DNA of 44,062 nucleotides from a virus (Duplodnaviria; Heunggongvirae; Uroviricota; Caudoviricetes): IMG/VR virus record IMGVR_UViG_2529292906_000019, positions 1 to 44,062 of that record; one strand, 5' to 3'. Shown piece by piece: positions 1 to 8,141 of this stretch (position 1 is its first letter; each line of letters starts with the position of its first letter). The notes under the pieces were generated by a model. It saw only the letters and a program-made list of their open reading frames with translations, ran no database searches and was not told where the DNA came from. The position numbers and the translations under genes were made by a program.

Positions 1-84
1 ATGGCGGGTTATTTGTCCTGGTTATTCCCCCGTTGTAAAATCTCTCCTAAACTTAACGGTACGGCACCACACTTCGGGGATGAA

Positions 85-276
85 ATGTTCGCGCTGGTAC
101 TTTTTGTTTGCTACCTGGATGGCGGTTGTGAAGATATCGTTGTGGATGTCTACAACACGGAACAGCAGTGTCTTTATTCTATGAGCGATCAACGGATCCG
201 CCATGGCGGTTGTTTTCCGATTGAGGATTTTATAGATGGTTTCTGGCGACCTGCACAGGAGTATGGTGATTTTTAA
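85..276 (+). CDS. yebW: small protein YebW (host gene)
   Basis: 63-aa product MFALVLFVCYLDGGCEDIVVDVYNTEQQC... recognised from memory as E. coli YebW; ATG at 85 is in frame with the 1..276 ORF; position next to pphA matches E. coli K-12. Confidence 0.75.
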   Translation: MFALVLFVCYLDGGCEDIVVDVYNTEQQCLYSMSDQRIRHGGCFPIEDFIDGFWRPAQEYGDF

Positions 277-933
277 TTATTGCAATTGCACAAGAGTCAG
301 TTCGCCCCCAAAGACAGCACCTGTATCAATATAATGCAGGTTGCCAATATCCACGCGATGGCGCAACGGTGTATGACCAAACCAGAAATGATCAGCACCT
401 GTAATTCCCTGCCCTTTTTGGCGTTCACCTAATCGCGAGCGGCTCCACAAGACCTGATGCAAATCAACGTCCTTTTGCCATTCATAAACATCATCTGGAT
501 AATCGGCATGAGCAATAACATGTTTGCCGGTGCGACTATGTACTTCAAGAATAAAGGGCAAATGCTGACATTTTTCCAGCGCCGTTTTCGCTTGTTTCTG
601 TTGATTATCTGCCAGCGCAATAAACCAGTCGCCGCCATTCATCAACCACAAAGACATCTGCTGGGATGCCAGCGCATCCATCGCCATCTGTTCATGATTG
701 CCTCTTACCGCACAAACCCAATGTTGTTCCAGTAACTGCAGACAACGTAAACTTTGCGGCCCACGATCGATAACGTCTCCCACTGAGATAAGTAAATCTC
801 GCCACGGATCAAAACGACAATGCCATAATTTGCGGCGCAACTGCTCAAGACAACCGTGTATATCGCCAGAAAGCCAGATATGTCGCCATTGATGACCCGC
901 AATTCTCTGATAAACGGGCGCAGGCTGTTTCAT
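277..933 (-). CDS. pphA: serine/threonine protein phosphatase 1 (host gene)
   Basis: 218-aa product MKQPAPVYQRIAGHQWRHIWLSGDIHGC... with metallophosphatase motifs (GDxHG, GDxxDRG, GNHE); recognised as E. coli PphA/PrpA. Confidence 0.9.
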   Translation of the reverse strand: MKQPAPVYQRIAGHQWRHIWLSGDIHGCLEQLRRKLWHCRFDPWRDLLISVGDVIDRGPQSLRCLQLLEQHWVCAVRGNHEQMAMDALASQQMSLWLMNGGDWFIALADNQQKQAKTALEKCQHLPFILEVHSRTGKHVIAHADYPDDVYEWQKDVDLHQVLWSRSRLGERQKGQGITGADHFWFGHTPLRHRVDIGNLHYIDTGAVFGGELTLVQLQ

Positions 934-1063
934 CAATATTTTCCTCCCGCGCTAAAGATCACATAATCTTAACAAGAATGTTAAAAAACGCTGGACTCAG
1001 ACAGTAGAGTGTGTGTTATGGTTGACTATAAAGTCAGCGAAGGAAATGCTTCTGGCTTTTAAC

Positions 1064-1093
1064 AGATAAAAAGAGACCGAACACGATTCCTGT
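1064..1093. repeat. prophage attachment site attL (tail-gene side)
   Basis: AGATAAAAAGAGACCGAACACGATTCCTGT matches 43456..43485 with one mismatch (C vs T); it is a copy of the sdsR 3' end but lacks the second arm of the sdsR terminator hairpin. Confidence 0.6.
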
Positions 1094-1364
1094 TTACAAC
1101 GCAAAACGAAATAACTTCTAAACTTCAACAAGTTAACACCAAAAACCCACTAAATAACACCTCCTGATACTTACTATTGCAATCATTGAAGATCAATCAG
1201 TTGCCATTGGTTTCGTGGCGCCGTCGGGAAATCTTCGGGATCAAAACTCCAGGACAGAAATTTCTATGGCACGCCATTACGCATGCCATCTGTAATGTGA
1301 AAAATCAGGTGGCAGAGCTAATGCAACCAATATGATTGCTCGCGCCCCATTCTATCAAAGGTTC

Positions 1365-1673
1365 CTATGCTGTTGCTTTAGTGACTTTCCCTTCCGCATA
1401 TTTCCAGCCACCAAAAATATCCGCCCCATCGGGCAGAACTGCGACTTCCGCAACACTATGCGAGGCTGGCCAAAGCGTGGTCACATCTGTTGCAATTGAC
1501 CGGACAACACCATCTTTGTCATACATTATCTTGATAGTGTCTTCGCTAAATAATTTCTGCGATGTGTACCACTCGCGTCCCTCTGAGTCTCTCAAAATCA
1601 GTGCGCCAAACCCCGCCAGCGCTTTCTCATCATCAGTTTCTGCAGATGACATAATAAAATTTTTCATATCCAT
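1365..1673 (-). CDS. tail fiber assembly protein, shorter than usual (C-terminal half apparently missing)
   Basis: 102 aa from an ATG that overlaps the tail-fiber stop (TGATG); the motif ...DTIKIMYDKDGVVRSIATDVTTLWP...GGWKY resembles the N-terminal half of lambda/Mu-type Tfa proteins; the ORF track shows a longer 110-aa ORF 1365..1697. Confidence 0.5.
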   Translation of the reverse strand: MDMKNFIMSSAETDDEKALAGFGALILRDSEGREWYTSQKLFSEDTIKIMYDKDGVVRSIATDVTTLWPASHSVAEVAVLPDGADIFGGWKYAEGKVTKATA

Positions 1674-2248
1674 CATGATAAACCTACCGTTACCCATTGT
1701 GTGCCAATAAGCATTTGAAGCGGACGAGCGTTTACAGTCTGCGCACCCGCTGTGAATGTAATACCCCGGATTAATAAGCCGGTATCGATAGAAATAAAGT
1801 TTGGGGTCGTCGTTCCTATGGTCGATACCGAGCCTTCCCTAAGTTTGATAACTCCTTTTGCTGACTCAGCAACGGTGACAGAGATATCTGCATCTGCCCC
1901 TCCGTTAAACATCGCATAGCCGTTAGCATCACCTGATACAGAAATTTTCCGCGCAGTAGTCAATGTGGCCACAGAATTAGGTGGATTCCTGCTCGTATAA
2001 ACTTCAGTCCAATTGCTTTCTGTTGTACCACTACGATTTTTAATGAAAATTCTCGGGTTATCAGTTCCGTTAAGGCTAAGCGCTATTCGCGAAGAATAGA
2101 AACTTGTCCCAGCAAAGTTGATATGAACATAATTCTGGTTTGGCTCAGGGTTTCCGGCATCACCGATGGGTAGCGTATAAACATTAGTAATGTCAGTGTT
2201 TGCAGAGGTGGCACCAACTCCGCCAAATCCGAATGCGCCAACCAACAT
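1673..2248 (-). CDS. tail fiber protein, C-terminal distal/receptor-binding part (out of frame with the N-terminal part)
   Basis: 191-aa ORF rich in G/T/S/N, typical of fibre tips; its frame is open upstream to 2293 and joins the N-terminal frame if the A7 run at 2289..2295 were A8. Confidence 0.55.
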   Translation of the reverse strand: MLVGAFGFGGVGATSANTDITNVYTLPIGDAGNPEPNQNYVHINFAGTSFYSSRIALSLNGTDNPRIFIKNRSGTTESNWTEVYTSRNPPNSVATLTTARKISVSGDANGYAMFNGGADADISVTVAESAKGVIKLREGSVSTIGTTTPNFISIDTGLLIRGITFTAGAQTVNARPLQMLIGTQWVTVGLS

Positions 2249-2745
2249 GAGAGCGCCTGTTGTGCTATCAATAACAGATGCCTGAGCATTTTTTTAGCAG
2301 CAGTACCGACTCCCAGATAATTTAACATGGAATCAGCGCTATCTCTTGCCAGTAAACTTCTGGCCGCCCCAGTAAAATCAGCAAGGGCAGCAACATCCGC
2401 ACCTGTAAAATATGGAAGTTTGTTAGCTGAACCTGTAAGAGCAGCCAAGGTAGTCAAAGTGGCATCGAGTGGCTGGGAGGTTTTATTCATCGCTACAATC
2501 AGCTTTGTTACCAGTCCTGCTACGTTGCCGTCATCAAGCACATCATTGCCGCCCTTATCACAAATAAACTGGGCCAGAGCCGAAGCAATAAATGTTGCCT
2601 GTCTAACCGCCTTGTTCACTTCTTTGGAACTGGCCTTTCCGGAAGAAAATCCCGTGGATAGTGCCGCCAGTGCGAGGTATTCTGCTTGAGTTAATACATT
2701 CGCTCCACCAGCTGCGGCAAAAGGTTTAATATCATTAGTTGGCAT
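2083..2745 (-). CDS. tail fiber protein, N-terminal baseplate-proximal part (frame runs into non-protein-like sequence after the A7 run)
   Basis: N-terminus MPTNDIKPFAAAGGANVLTQAEYLALAA... resembles conserved tail-fibre N-termini; after ...LNYLGVGTAAKK (codons over 2289..2295) the translation becomes hydrophobic and unconserved until the stop at 2083. Confidence 0.55.
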   Translation of the reverse strand: MPTNDIKPFAAAGGANVLTQAEYLALAALSTGFSSGKASSKEVNKAVRQATFIASALAQFICDKGGNDVLDDGNVAGLVTKLIVAMNKTSQPLDATLTTLAALTGSANKLPYFTGADVAALADFTGAARSLLARDSADSMLNYLGVGTAAKKMLRHLLLIAQQALSCWLAHSDLAELVPPLQTLTLLMFIRYPSVMPETLSQTRIMFISTLLGQVSILRE

Positions 2746-2747
2746 TG

Positions 2748-3404
2748 TTAACTCCAGTAACCATTATCAAATCCGGCAATAGCCGTATCCTGAATATCAA
2801 ATCCGAACATTGGGTGTGCAGGATCGATAACATCAAGGCTTTTAACCCTGACGCCTGCTGCCTTCACTGTTAATTCACCAGCTTCGATTACTTCAATTAA
2901 CTCTGCCGATGTGTTGGCAATACCATTTAATGCAATTGCGTTAATGCTTATCGACATATCCATGTTGTCGATTATTTGCATCTCAATTCCGGTCCCTTCA
3001 AATACTTGATCAAGCAAGTCCTCAAGATCACCGACTGTTCCATCCCACTGGTTAATCGCTATCTGCGCTTTTAAGACCAATCGATAAACATCATCGCTGA
3101 GTACGGTAAAACCTGAGTCCGGATCATATGGTCCCTGCCAGTTTCCCTGGTCCCAACCAAGCCCGTCCGTATCCCACGAGAAATAGACATTGGAAATTGG
3201 CGTGGTCACATTCCTGTTTCGCCCTACCCACAACCCAACGATATCAAGTTGCTCACCCTGCGCAGAGTCCAGATCGAACTTGCGAAGCATGTCAGATGTT
3301 ACGCCGGAGATGTCAGTGAAAGGTCGGGTTATCAGGTCAATGTGTTGCTGGAAGAGTGGTTTAGTGACGTGATAGTTCGTTATCAGCTCAGTGTATTTAC
3401 TCAT
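2748..3404 (-). CDS. baseplate/tail protein (P2 gpI-like position)
   Basis: 218-aa ORF between the baseplate J-like gene and the tail fiber, start overlapping the upstream stop; assignment by gene order. Confidence 0.45.
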   Translation of the reverse strand: MSKYTELITNYHVTKPLFQQHIDLITRPFTDISGVTSDMLRKFDLDSAQGEQLDIVGLWVGRNRNVTTPISNVYFSWDTDGLGWDQGNWQGPYDPDSGFTVLSDDVYRLVLKAQIAINQWDGTVGDLEDLLDQVFEGTGIEMQIIDNMDMSISINAIALNGIANTSAELIEVIEAGELTVKAAGVRVKSLDVIDPAHPMFGFDIQDTAIAGFDNGYWS

Positions 3405-4600
3405 GGCGTTGGCGTTATTTTGATGTTGGCAATATTGGAATGAGCAGCCTCATTAAATAAGATATCTATATTTGAAGCGGCAACTGTTGCTGCACTCTTA
3501 CCGATTTTCAGCGAGTTAATATCATAATATTTACTGTCACCACCACTCATTACACCAAGGTTGGCTGGAGAATAAATACGGCTTAACAGAACATCATCAC
3601 CTATGCGCAGTGAATTTATATATTTCGAAATCTCCGCTTTCATTTCCTCGGCAACTTGTGACGTATAGCCTGGGTAAGTTGCGATGACTATTTCGATAAA
3701 CGCCTCAACCACCACAGGGCGAGAAAACTTTATCGCTTTTGGCTCGCCATATTTACCCACAAGATTCACTGTGGTAGTGCCGAAGGTCGATGTTCCCTGG
3801 TCCTTTTTCTTAGAGATTGCCGTAGCGATAATTGTCGCATCCCCCCCATCAACAATGCAGCTGATGGAGTGTGCTGGCAGACCATTAGCATCCACGGTAT
3901 CAGCGTCGTTCTCGTAAATACGTACGCGTGTTACGCCGGGAATATCCAGTAGCGTACCGTCTAACCCATCAATGGTGGTCATTGATGGTAGTGCAGTACT
4001 CCGTGATTGCCTCTGGCGCAACTGTGCGTCATTTTCACCAGGAGAGCCAACTGTAGCCGCCAATGGATTTGTTACGGTTTTCCACCCTCTTGTCGGCGTG
4101 GCAATCTGTGTGATGGTGTTAGCCATTGCCGCGACAGGACCAGCCGTTCTACATGTAGCGGTAACTGTGACCGTACCTGACCCAGGAATATTCACATCAA
4201 CGGGCAAGTCCCATAATGCCCCATTTGCATCTCGAACTGTACCGGCAGCAATTGGCGTTCCAATATCGCCGGAGATAATTACATCAGCGGTTGAGTTCGT
4301 CGCAATCTTGCGGGTAATTCCGTTGATTTTAACGTTGCTACCAAGCGCCCGCCCTATCCCTGTAGCGGGTGAATAGGAGTTATATACCGCAACGGCCGTG
4401 TTATTAGCATCGTGAATCCCGAGTGCATACAGCGCTACCATTTGCCCGTCCTTACTGTCCGGATCGAGATAAGAATCGCTACCGTAGATCTCCTTAAAGT
4501 ATTCCGTTAGTTTGTCCAGGATAGTCTGATAATCAGGCGCACTGATCCCCTGGGCCGTTACCGTTGCCGATAACCCCAGCGTGTCGAGGTTCAAAGCCAT
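3401..4600 (-). CDS. baseplate J-like protein
   Basis: 399-aa ORF directly after the W-like gene, 4-bp overlap with the downstream gene; size and order fit the P2 gpJ / Mu gp47 family. Confidence 0.6.
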   Translation of the reverse strand: MALNLDTLGLSATVTAQGISAPDYQTILDKLTEYFKEIYGSDSYLDPDSKDGQMVALYALGIHDANNTAVAVYNSYSPATGIGRALGSNVKINGITRKIATNSTADVIISGDIGTPIAAGTVRDANGALWDLPVDVNIPGSGTVTVTATCRTAGPVAAMANTITQIATPTRGWKTVTNPLAATVGSPGENDAQLRQRQSRSTALPSMTTIDGLDGTLLDIPGVTRVRIYENDADTVDANGLPAHSISCIVDGGDATIIATAISKKKDQGTSTFGTTTVNLVGKYGEPKAIKFSRPVVVEAFIEIVIATYPGYTSQVAEEMKAEISKYINSLRIGDDVLLSRIYSPANLGVMSGGDSKYYDINSLKIGKSAATVAASNIDILFNEAAHSNIANIKITPTP

Positions 4601-4954
4601 TTATGCCTCGCTGGTTACTGTGGTTTGTCCGTAAATGGTGTTTATGGTGGACGTGAACGTGACGCGGCGAGTTGTTCCGCTGTTGACTGTGTCAAACGAC
4701 AGAATGGACAACACGCCGGGGGTTGAACTGATGCGGTCTCTTATTGCCAGGTTGTAAACTTCTGGCCTCTGCTTTCCAAGAACCGACTGGATATAGGGAG
4801 TACCTTCCTCCGTATCGAGGAACCACTGGCCCTTCCAGAGTTCAAATCGAGTCTTAACCGCCTGGGCAACGCACTCTGGAGAGTTAGCCAGGAAAGTGCC
4901 ATCGCCCTGCCCGAAGGTATAATCACCGTCGCTATCTTCGCGTCTGTATCGCAT
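4601..4954 (-). CDS. baseplate assembly protein (gpW/GP25-like position)
   Basis: 117-aa ORF between the spike (V-like) and J-like genes; assignment by size and order. Confidence 0.5.
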   Translation of the reverse strand: MRYRREDSDGDYTFGQGDGTFLANSPECVAQAVKTRFELWKGQWFLDTEEGTPYIQSVLGKQRPEVYNLAIRDRISSTPGVLSILSFDTVNSGTTRRVTFTSTINTIYGQTTVTSEA

Positions 4955-4961
4955 ATGCCCT

Positions 4962-5063
4962 CTACCACCAGCGAACCTGGCCTATGAAATAACCGAGAGC
5001 AGCCACAATAGCCACCATCCAGATCATGATGAATTTCCAGCTTGGTAATTGCTTAATCATTAA
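4962..5063 (-). CDS. possible small membrane peptide (32 aa, MIKQLPSWKFIMIWMVAIVAALGYFIGQVRWW)
   Basis: ATG at 5063 preceded by GGAG 9 nt upstream; single predicted TM helix; lies in a 290-bp gap between the spike and W-like genes; the track ORF 4962..5159 is the longer alternative. Confidence 0.25.
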   Translation of the reverse strand, partial: LMIKQLPSWKFIMIWMVAIVAALGYFIGQVRWW

Positions 5064-5132
5064 TCGCAACTCCCGTATTAGTTTGCTAAAATCAAGCACT
5101 GATTCTCCCTTGCTCTCATCAAGGTGTAGAAA

Positions 5133-5172
5133 GTAGAAAGCCCCGAAGTGCGTCAACACTCGGGGCTTTGTT
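5133..5172 (+). terminator. hairpin plus T-tract, terminator-like on the + strand (opposite to the tail operon)
   Basis: AAAGCCCCGAG...CTCGGGGCTTT followed by GTTTTAT on the + strand; on the minus strand the same stem is not followed by a U-tract. Confidence 0.35.
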
Positions 5173-5243
5173 TTATCCCGTTGATGGGAAAATATATGTA
5201 CGAATCGTTATTTTGAAATTATCTCGCCAGCGGTAATGCGCTG

Positions 5244-5996
5244 TTAACTCACACTTCCTGATTTCCCCGTTCCTGGCTGTACGTCGTTATGGGTGTGACT
5301 ATCATCAATGGTTTTGTTGTTCGATTTCAGCGAACCGAAAAACTCAATGGCGCCAGTAATTTTCGCTGCGGTTCCGCTAGAAAGACTACCGACCATGCCC
5401 CCCATCCACGTTAACAGCCCGGTGATCGTCACCTTCTCCGAGAAGGTAGATTCAGGGGAAATCACGTCGAAACCGCCTGGCGCGACCAGTTTGATTTTCT
5501 TCGTGTCAGGATTAATTTCGAAGTAGGTACTGCCGTCATCGCTGCGGAACTGCGCTGCAGTGGTGCTGATGCCGCTGATTTTGCGCGTCTGAGACTGCGG
5601 GCCTACGATGGCGAAGGCATCACTCAGGTCATGCTGGCGCGGGTCTACCGCCTCCTGTACGCCACCGTTCTGCCACCAGAAATCAATGCAGCGATCGGAG
5701 AACACCAGCAGGCACTCATCGCCGGCTTTAACCGGGAAAGTCAGCGTGCACCCACCGCCCCGCGGGAATACCACCGGCACATCAGGAAGGATCGGAATGG
5801 CCTCGGAGGTAGCCTTACCGTCATCACCTACCTTTTGGCCGTAGATGGCAGGCTGAACGGTGCAGGTCACTGTTTCGGGGTCGAACGACTGGATGATTCC
5901 GGGCATGGCAACGCGCAGGCCGGTGAAAATAGACAGTTTCTGTGCATCAAACGTCTGCTGCTCGCTGCCGTCCTGCGCGCGTGGTGATACTGGCAT
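5244..5996 (-). CDS. baseplate spike / assembly protein V-like
   Basis: 250 aa; C-terminal ...SHTHNDVQPGTGKSGS resembles the P2 gpV C-terminus ...HTHKHPGDSGGTTG recalled from memory. Confidence 0.7.
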   Translation of the reverse strand: MPVSPRAQDGSEQQTFDAQKLSIFTGLRVAMPGIIQSFDPETVTCTVQPAIYGQKVGDDGKATSEAIPILPDVPVVFPRGGGCTLTFPVKAGDECLLVFSDRCIDFWWQNGGVQEAVDPRQHDLSDAFAIVGPQSQTRKISGISTTAAQFRSDDGSTYFEINPDTKKIKLVAPGGFDVISPESTFSEKVTITGLLTWMGGMVGSLSSGTAAKITGAIEFFGSLKSNNKTIDDSHTHNDVQPGTGKSGSVS

Positions 5997-6044
5997 GAAG
6001 ATCTCCTGGCAATAAAAAACCCGCCGGAGCGGGTTTGTTTAAAT

Positions 6045-6416
6045 TTATTTAGCACTTGGTGGCGGAACTATAGTTTCAGCCCAGCAGCGACACTTACCGC
6101 CAGGGCAGCATTTTCCCTCACCAGGCAGGCCAGTTTTGGGCGGTCTTTTCCATCTGAACACTTTCCCATTGTTCTTAGCGCAAGCATTACAACATCCGCT
6201 ATCCCCTGCAGTATGCCACCGGAACTTAGTTGCCCCGATGTGTTCTGCGCGAAGCATATTGTATCTCGCATGTTCAGCAACGCTGCGCTTAATTCGGTTA
6301 AACTCAAAATTCCTAACAAACTGGTCATCACGTTTCTTTTTGCGGTTTTTTACAAAGCCACGAACAATCAGAAACAAAACTACGAGGATGACAGCAATTC
6401 CTGGCTCCATGGTCAT
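6045..6416 (-). CDS. membrane-anchored protein with a MuF C-terminal-like cysteine-rich domain
   Basis: 123 aa; N-terminal TM segment IAVILVVLFLIVRGFV; C-terminus ...KVFRWKRPP...GKCCPGGKCRCWAETIVPPP parallels the C-terminus of this phage's own MuF-like protein (...KFVRWDNPP...GCLPNCKCWPEIQVPPP); ATGA overlap with the upstream gene. Confidence 0.5.
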   Translation of the reverse strand: MTMEPGIAVILVVLFLIVRGFVKNRKKKRDDQFVRNFEFNRIKRSVAEHARYNMLRAEHIGATKFRWHTAGDSGCCNACAKNNGKVFRWKRPPKTGLPGEGKCCPGGKCRCWAETIVPPPSAK

Positions 6417-6769
6417 TCAACCTTCATGCAGTCGTAAGTACCAAAAATACGAGGCTCGCTCATGTTTTGGCGTACTGCTTCAGCATTGAGAATTCCTTTC
6501 CCATTGCGTTTTATGTAATCGAGGCCATACCGCTGTCCCGTGTTTTCATTCAGGACGATCCATTGCATTTTTATGTTCTCGTAATCACCCTCTTTTTTGA
6601 GAAAAGTTACCTTCTGACCATCAGGCTTAGCGCCGTTTATCCTCGGGTATCCGTCATTCTCGGATGAGGTTGAAAACACAAATGGTCCGCACTTCATGTA
6701 GTCAGAATTTTCCGCCAGTGAAGCAAAGCTAACCAATGTTAAAGAAGCCATCAAAAGTAGTTTTTTCAT
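6413..6769 (-). CDS. secreted (periplasmic) protein of unknown function
   Basis: 118 aa with an N-terminal Sec-type signal peptide MKKLLLMASLTLVSFASLA/ENS; ATGA overlaps with both neighbours. Confidence 0.55.
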   Translation of the reverse strand: MKKLLLMASLTLVSFASLAENSDYMKCGPFVFSTSSENDGYPRINGAKPDGQKVTFLKKEGDYENIKMQWIVLNENTGQRYGLDYIKRNGKGILNAEAVRQNMSEPRIFGTYDCMKVE

Positions 6770-7833
6770 TGTGGAGCCGTTCGCTGTAGGGCCGAATTCG
6801 ACTGCAAATCACGTGCCCCTCGAGCCATACACATGAGATCCATATACCATGGATTTCCCCTCGTATCACCGGTGTAGCTTATTGACTGGACAATGTAGAC
6901 GCCATCAGTGGCCACACTGGCGGGCTGCGCTATAGTGCCGCCAAGTGAAAGGTTACCATCATTGCTCGACTCTGTGATTCTTGCCTGTGATCTTTGGATC
7001 TCATCGTTCGGCAGTTGGGTGCGATAGACAGATGCCTGGTCAAGCTGAATTAAGCCGTTCACCCTGATGTTGGGGTTAATCAGGCAGCGAACATTGACGC
7101 CAGCACCCATGGTCTGCTGCGGCATCCCTATGAGCCCGGTAGCGCTGCTCAGCACAATGGCCTCGTGTAGATATTTATCTTCAGGAACCATCTGCGCCTG
7201 ACCGTCCACAAACTGCCAGTTGGCGTTGCATTGCGCCGCAAGATTGCTCATGTAATCACGGGTCATACCGTAGAACACCCGGCCCCGTGGCATCACGCGG
7301 TCCGGAAACTCTCCGGTAACACCCTGGGTTATACCGAACGGGGAGAAATCTCTCATCAGCACCGAGTGAACATCTGACAGCTTATACCCGGCAGACAGGC
7401 TGCCGGATGAAACGGCCTCGTTAAACGCCTGGTGCCCATCGATGGACTGAATCAGGGTAAAAATGTCGGTGGGGTTATCTCGCCCGGTGATTGTGAAGCG
7501 GATCTCACCGTTGAAAATCCCCCCGAAGTTCTGGCCTAGCGTCTGCCCAACCTGATCTGGCGACACATCCGTTACCTGTCCTACCTGGCTTTCAGATACC
7601 GGCGGTGCCAGCCCGTCATACCCGGCAATAATAGTGATCCGAGAGAACTCTGAGCCCGTTATACGGCTCATGGTGTCGCGGTTGAGGTTGTAAATCTTTA
7701 GCGTTGCGACTCGCGGCCACATGGAGTTGAACCAGTCGATCGCAAACGTCACCTTAAAATCAGTCAGGGAAATACCCTGACCGGAATCATCCAGCAGGCG
7801 CAGTTCAAAGTGACGCCTCCAGTTTACGGTCAT
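6766..7833 (-). CDS. tail protein, probable baseplate hub (P2 gpD / Mu gp44-like position)
   Basis: 355-aa ORF downstream of the tape measure and upstream of the spike; assignment by size and order only. Confidence 0.45.
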   Translation of the reverse strand: MTVNWRRHFELRLLDDSGQGISLTDFKVTFAIDWFNSMWPRVATLKIYNLNRDTMSRITGSEFSRITIIAGYDGLAPPVSESQVGQVTDVSPDQVGQTLGQNFGGIFNGEIRFTITGRDNPTDIFTLIQSIDGHQAFNEAVSSGSLSAGYKLSDVHSVLMRDFSPFGITQGVTGEFPDRVMPRGRVFYGMTRDYMSNLAAQCNANWQFVDGQAQMVPEDKYLHEAIVLSSATGLIGMPQQTMGAGVNVRCLINPNIRVNGLIQLDQASVYRTQLPNDEIQRSQARITESSNDGNLSLGGTIAQPASVATDGVYIVQSISYTGDTRGNPWYMDLMCMARGARDLQSNSALQRTAPQ

Positions 7834-8141
7834 GCGGTCACCTGAGCAAAGTAGAGATGGCTGGAAGAACCAAGATTGGTTTTCGTCGGGTATTCCGGCG
7901 TGCCATTCTCGGTCGTGACGATCAGCGCGCCGGAGATCCCCAACTCCGGGTATTGTTCTATCAGGTCGACATCAGGAACTAGCGGAACGCCCATCAAAAG
8001 TGGCTGTGCCTCACTATCCATAACGTCCAGTATCCAACCGGCCTCGTCCCGCCATACGACTTTAATCGTGTAGTTGATGTCACCGAGCATGACGCGAAAC
8101 GTCTGGTTATCCGCGCCGAGCGGTATTTCGTTAATCTTCAT
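7830..8141 (-). CDS. tail protein (small, unknown)
   Basis: 103-aa ORF translationally coupled in the tail operon. Confidence 0.4.
   Translation of the reverse strand: MKINEIPLGADNQTFRVMLGDINYTIKVVWRDEAGWILDVMDSEAQPLLMGVPLVPDVDLIEQYPELGISGALIVTTENGTPEYPTKTNLGSSSHLYFAQVTA

Noticed and set aside
1094-1364. Missing C-terminal half of Tfa encoded in another frame (frameshifted continuation)
   Set aside because: All three minus-strand frames downstream of the Tfa stop were translated; none continues with Tfa-like sequence, and stops are frequent.
1336-1710. 124-aa + strand ORF at the left prophage end
   Set aside because: Antisense to the Tfa-like gene and the tail-fiber 3' end; Ser/Ala/Pro-rich translation typical of an antisense frame.
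5133-5172. Terminator of the late tail operon between the spike and W-like genes
   Set aside because: The U-tract follows the hairpin only on the + strand, opposite to the operon; on the minus strand the stem is followed by CTACTTTC, so it is not a convincing terminator for tail transcripts.
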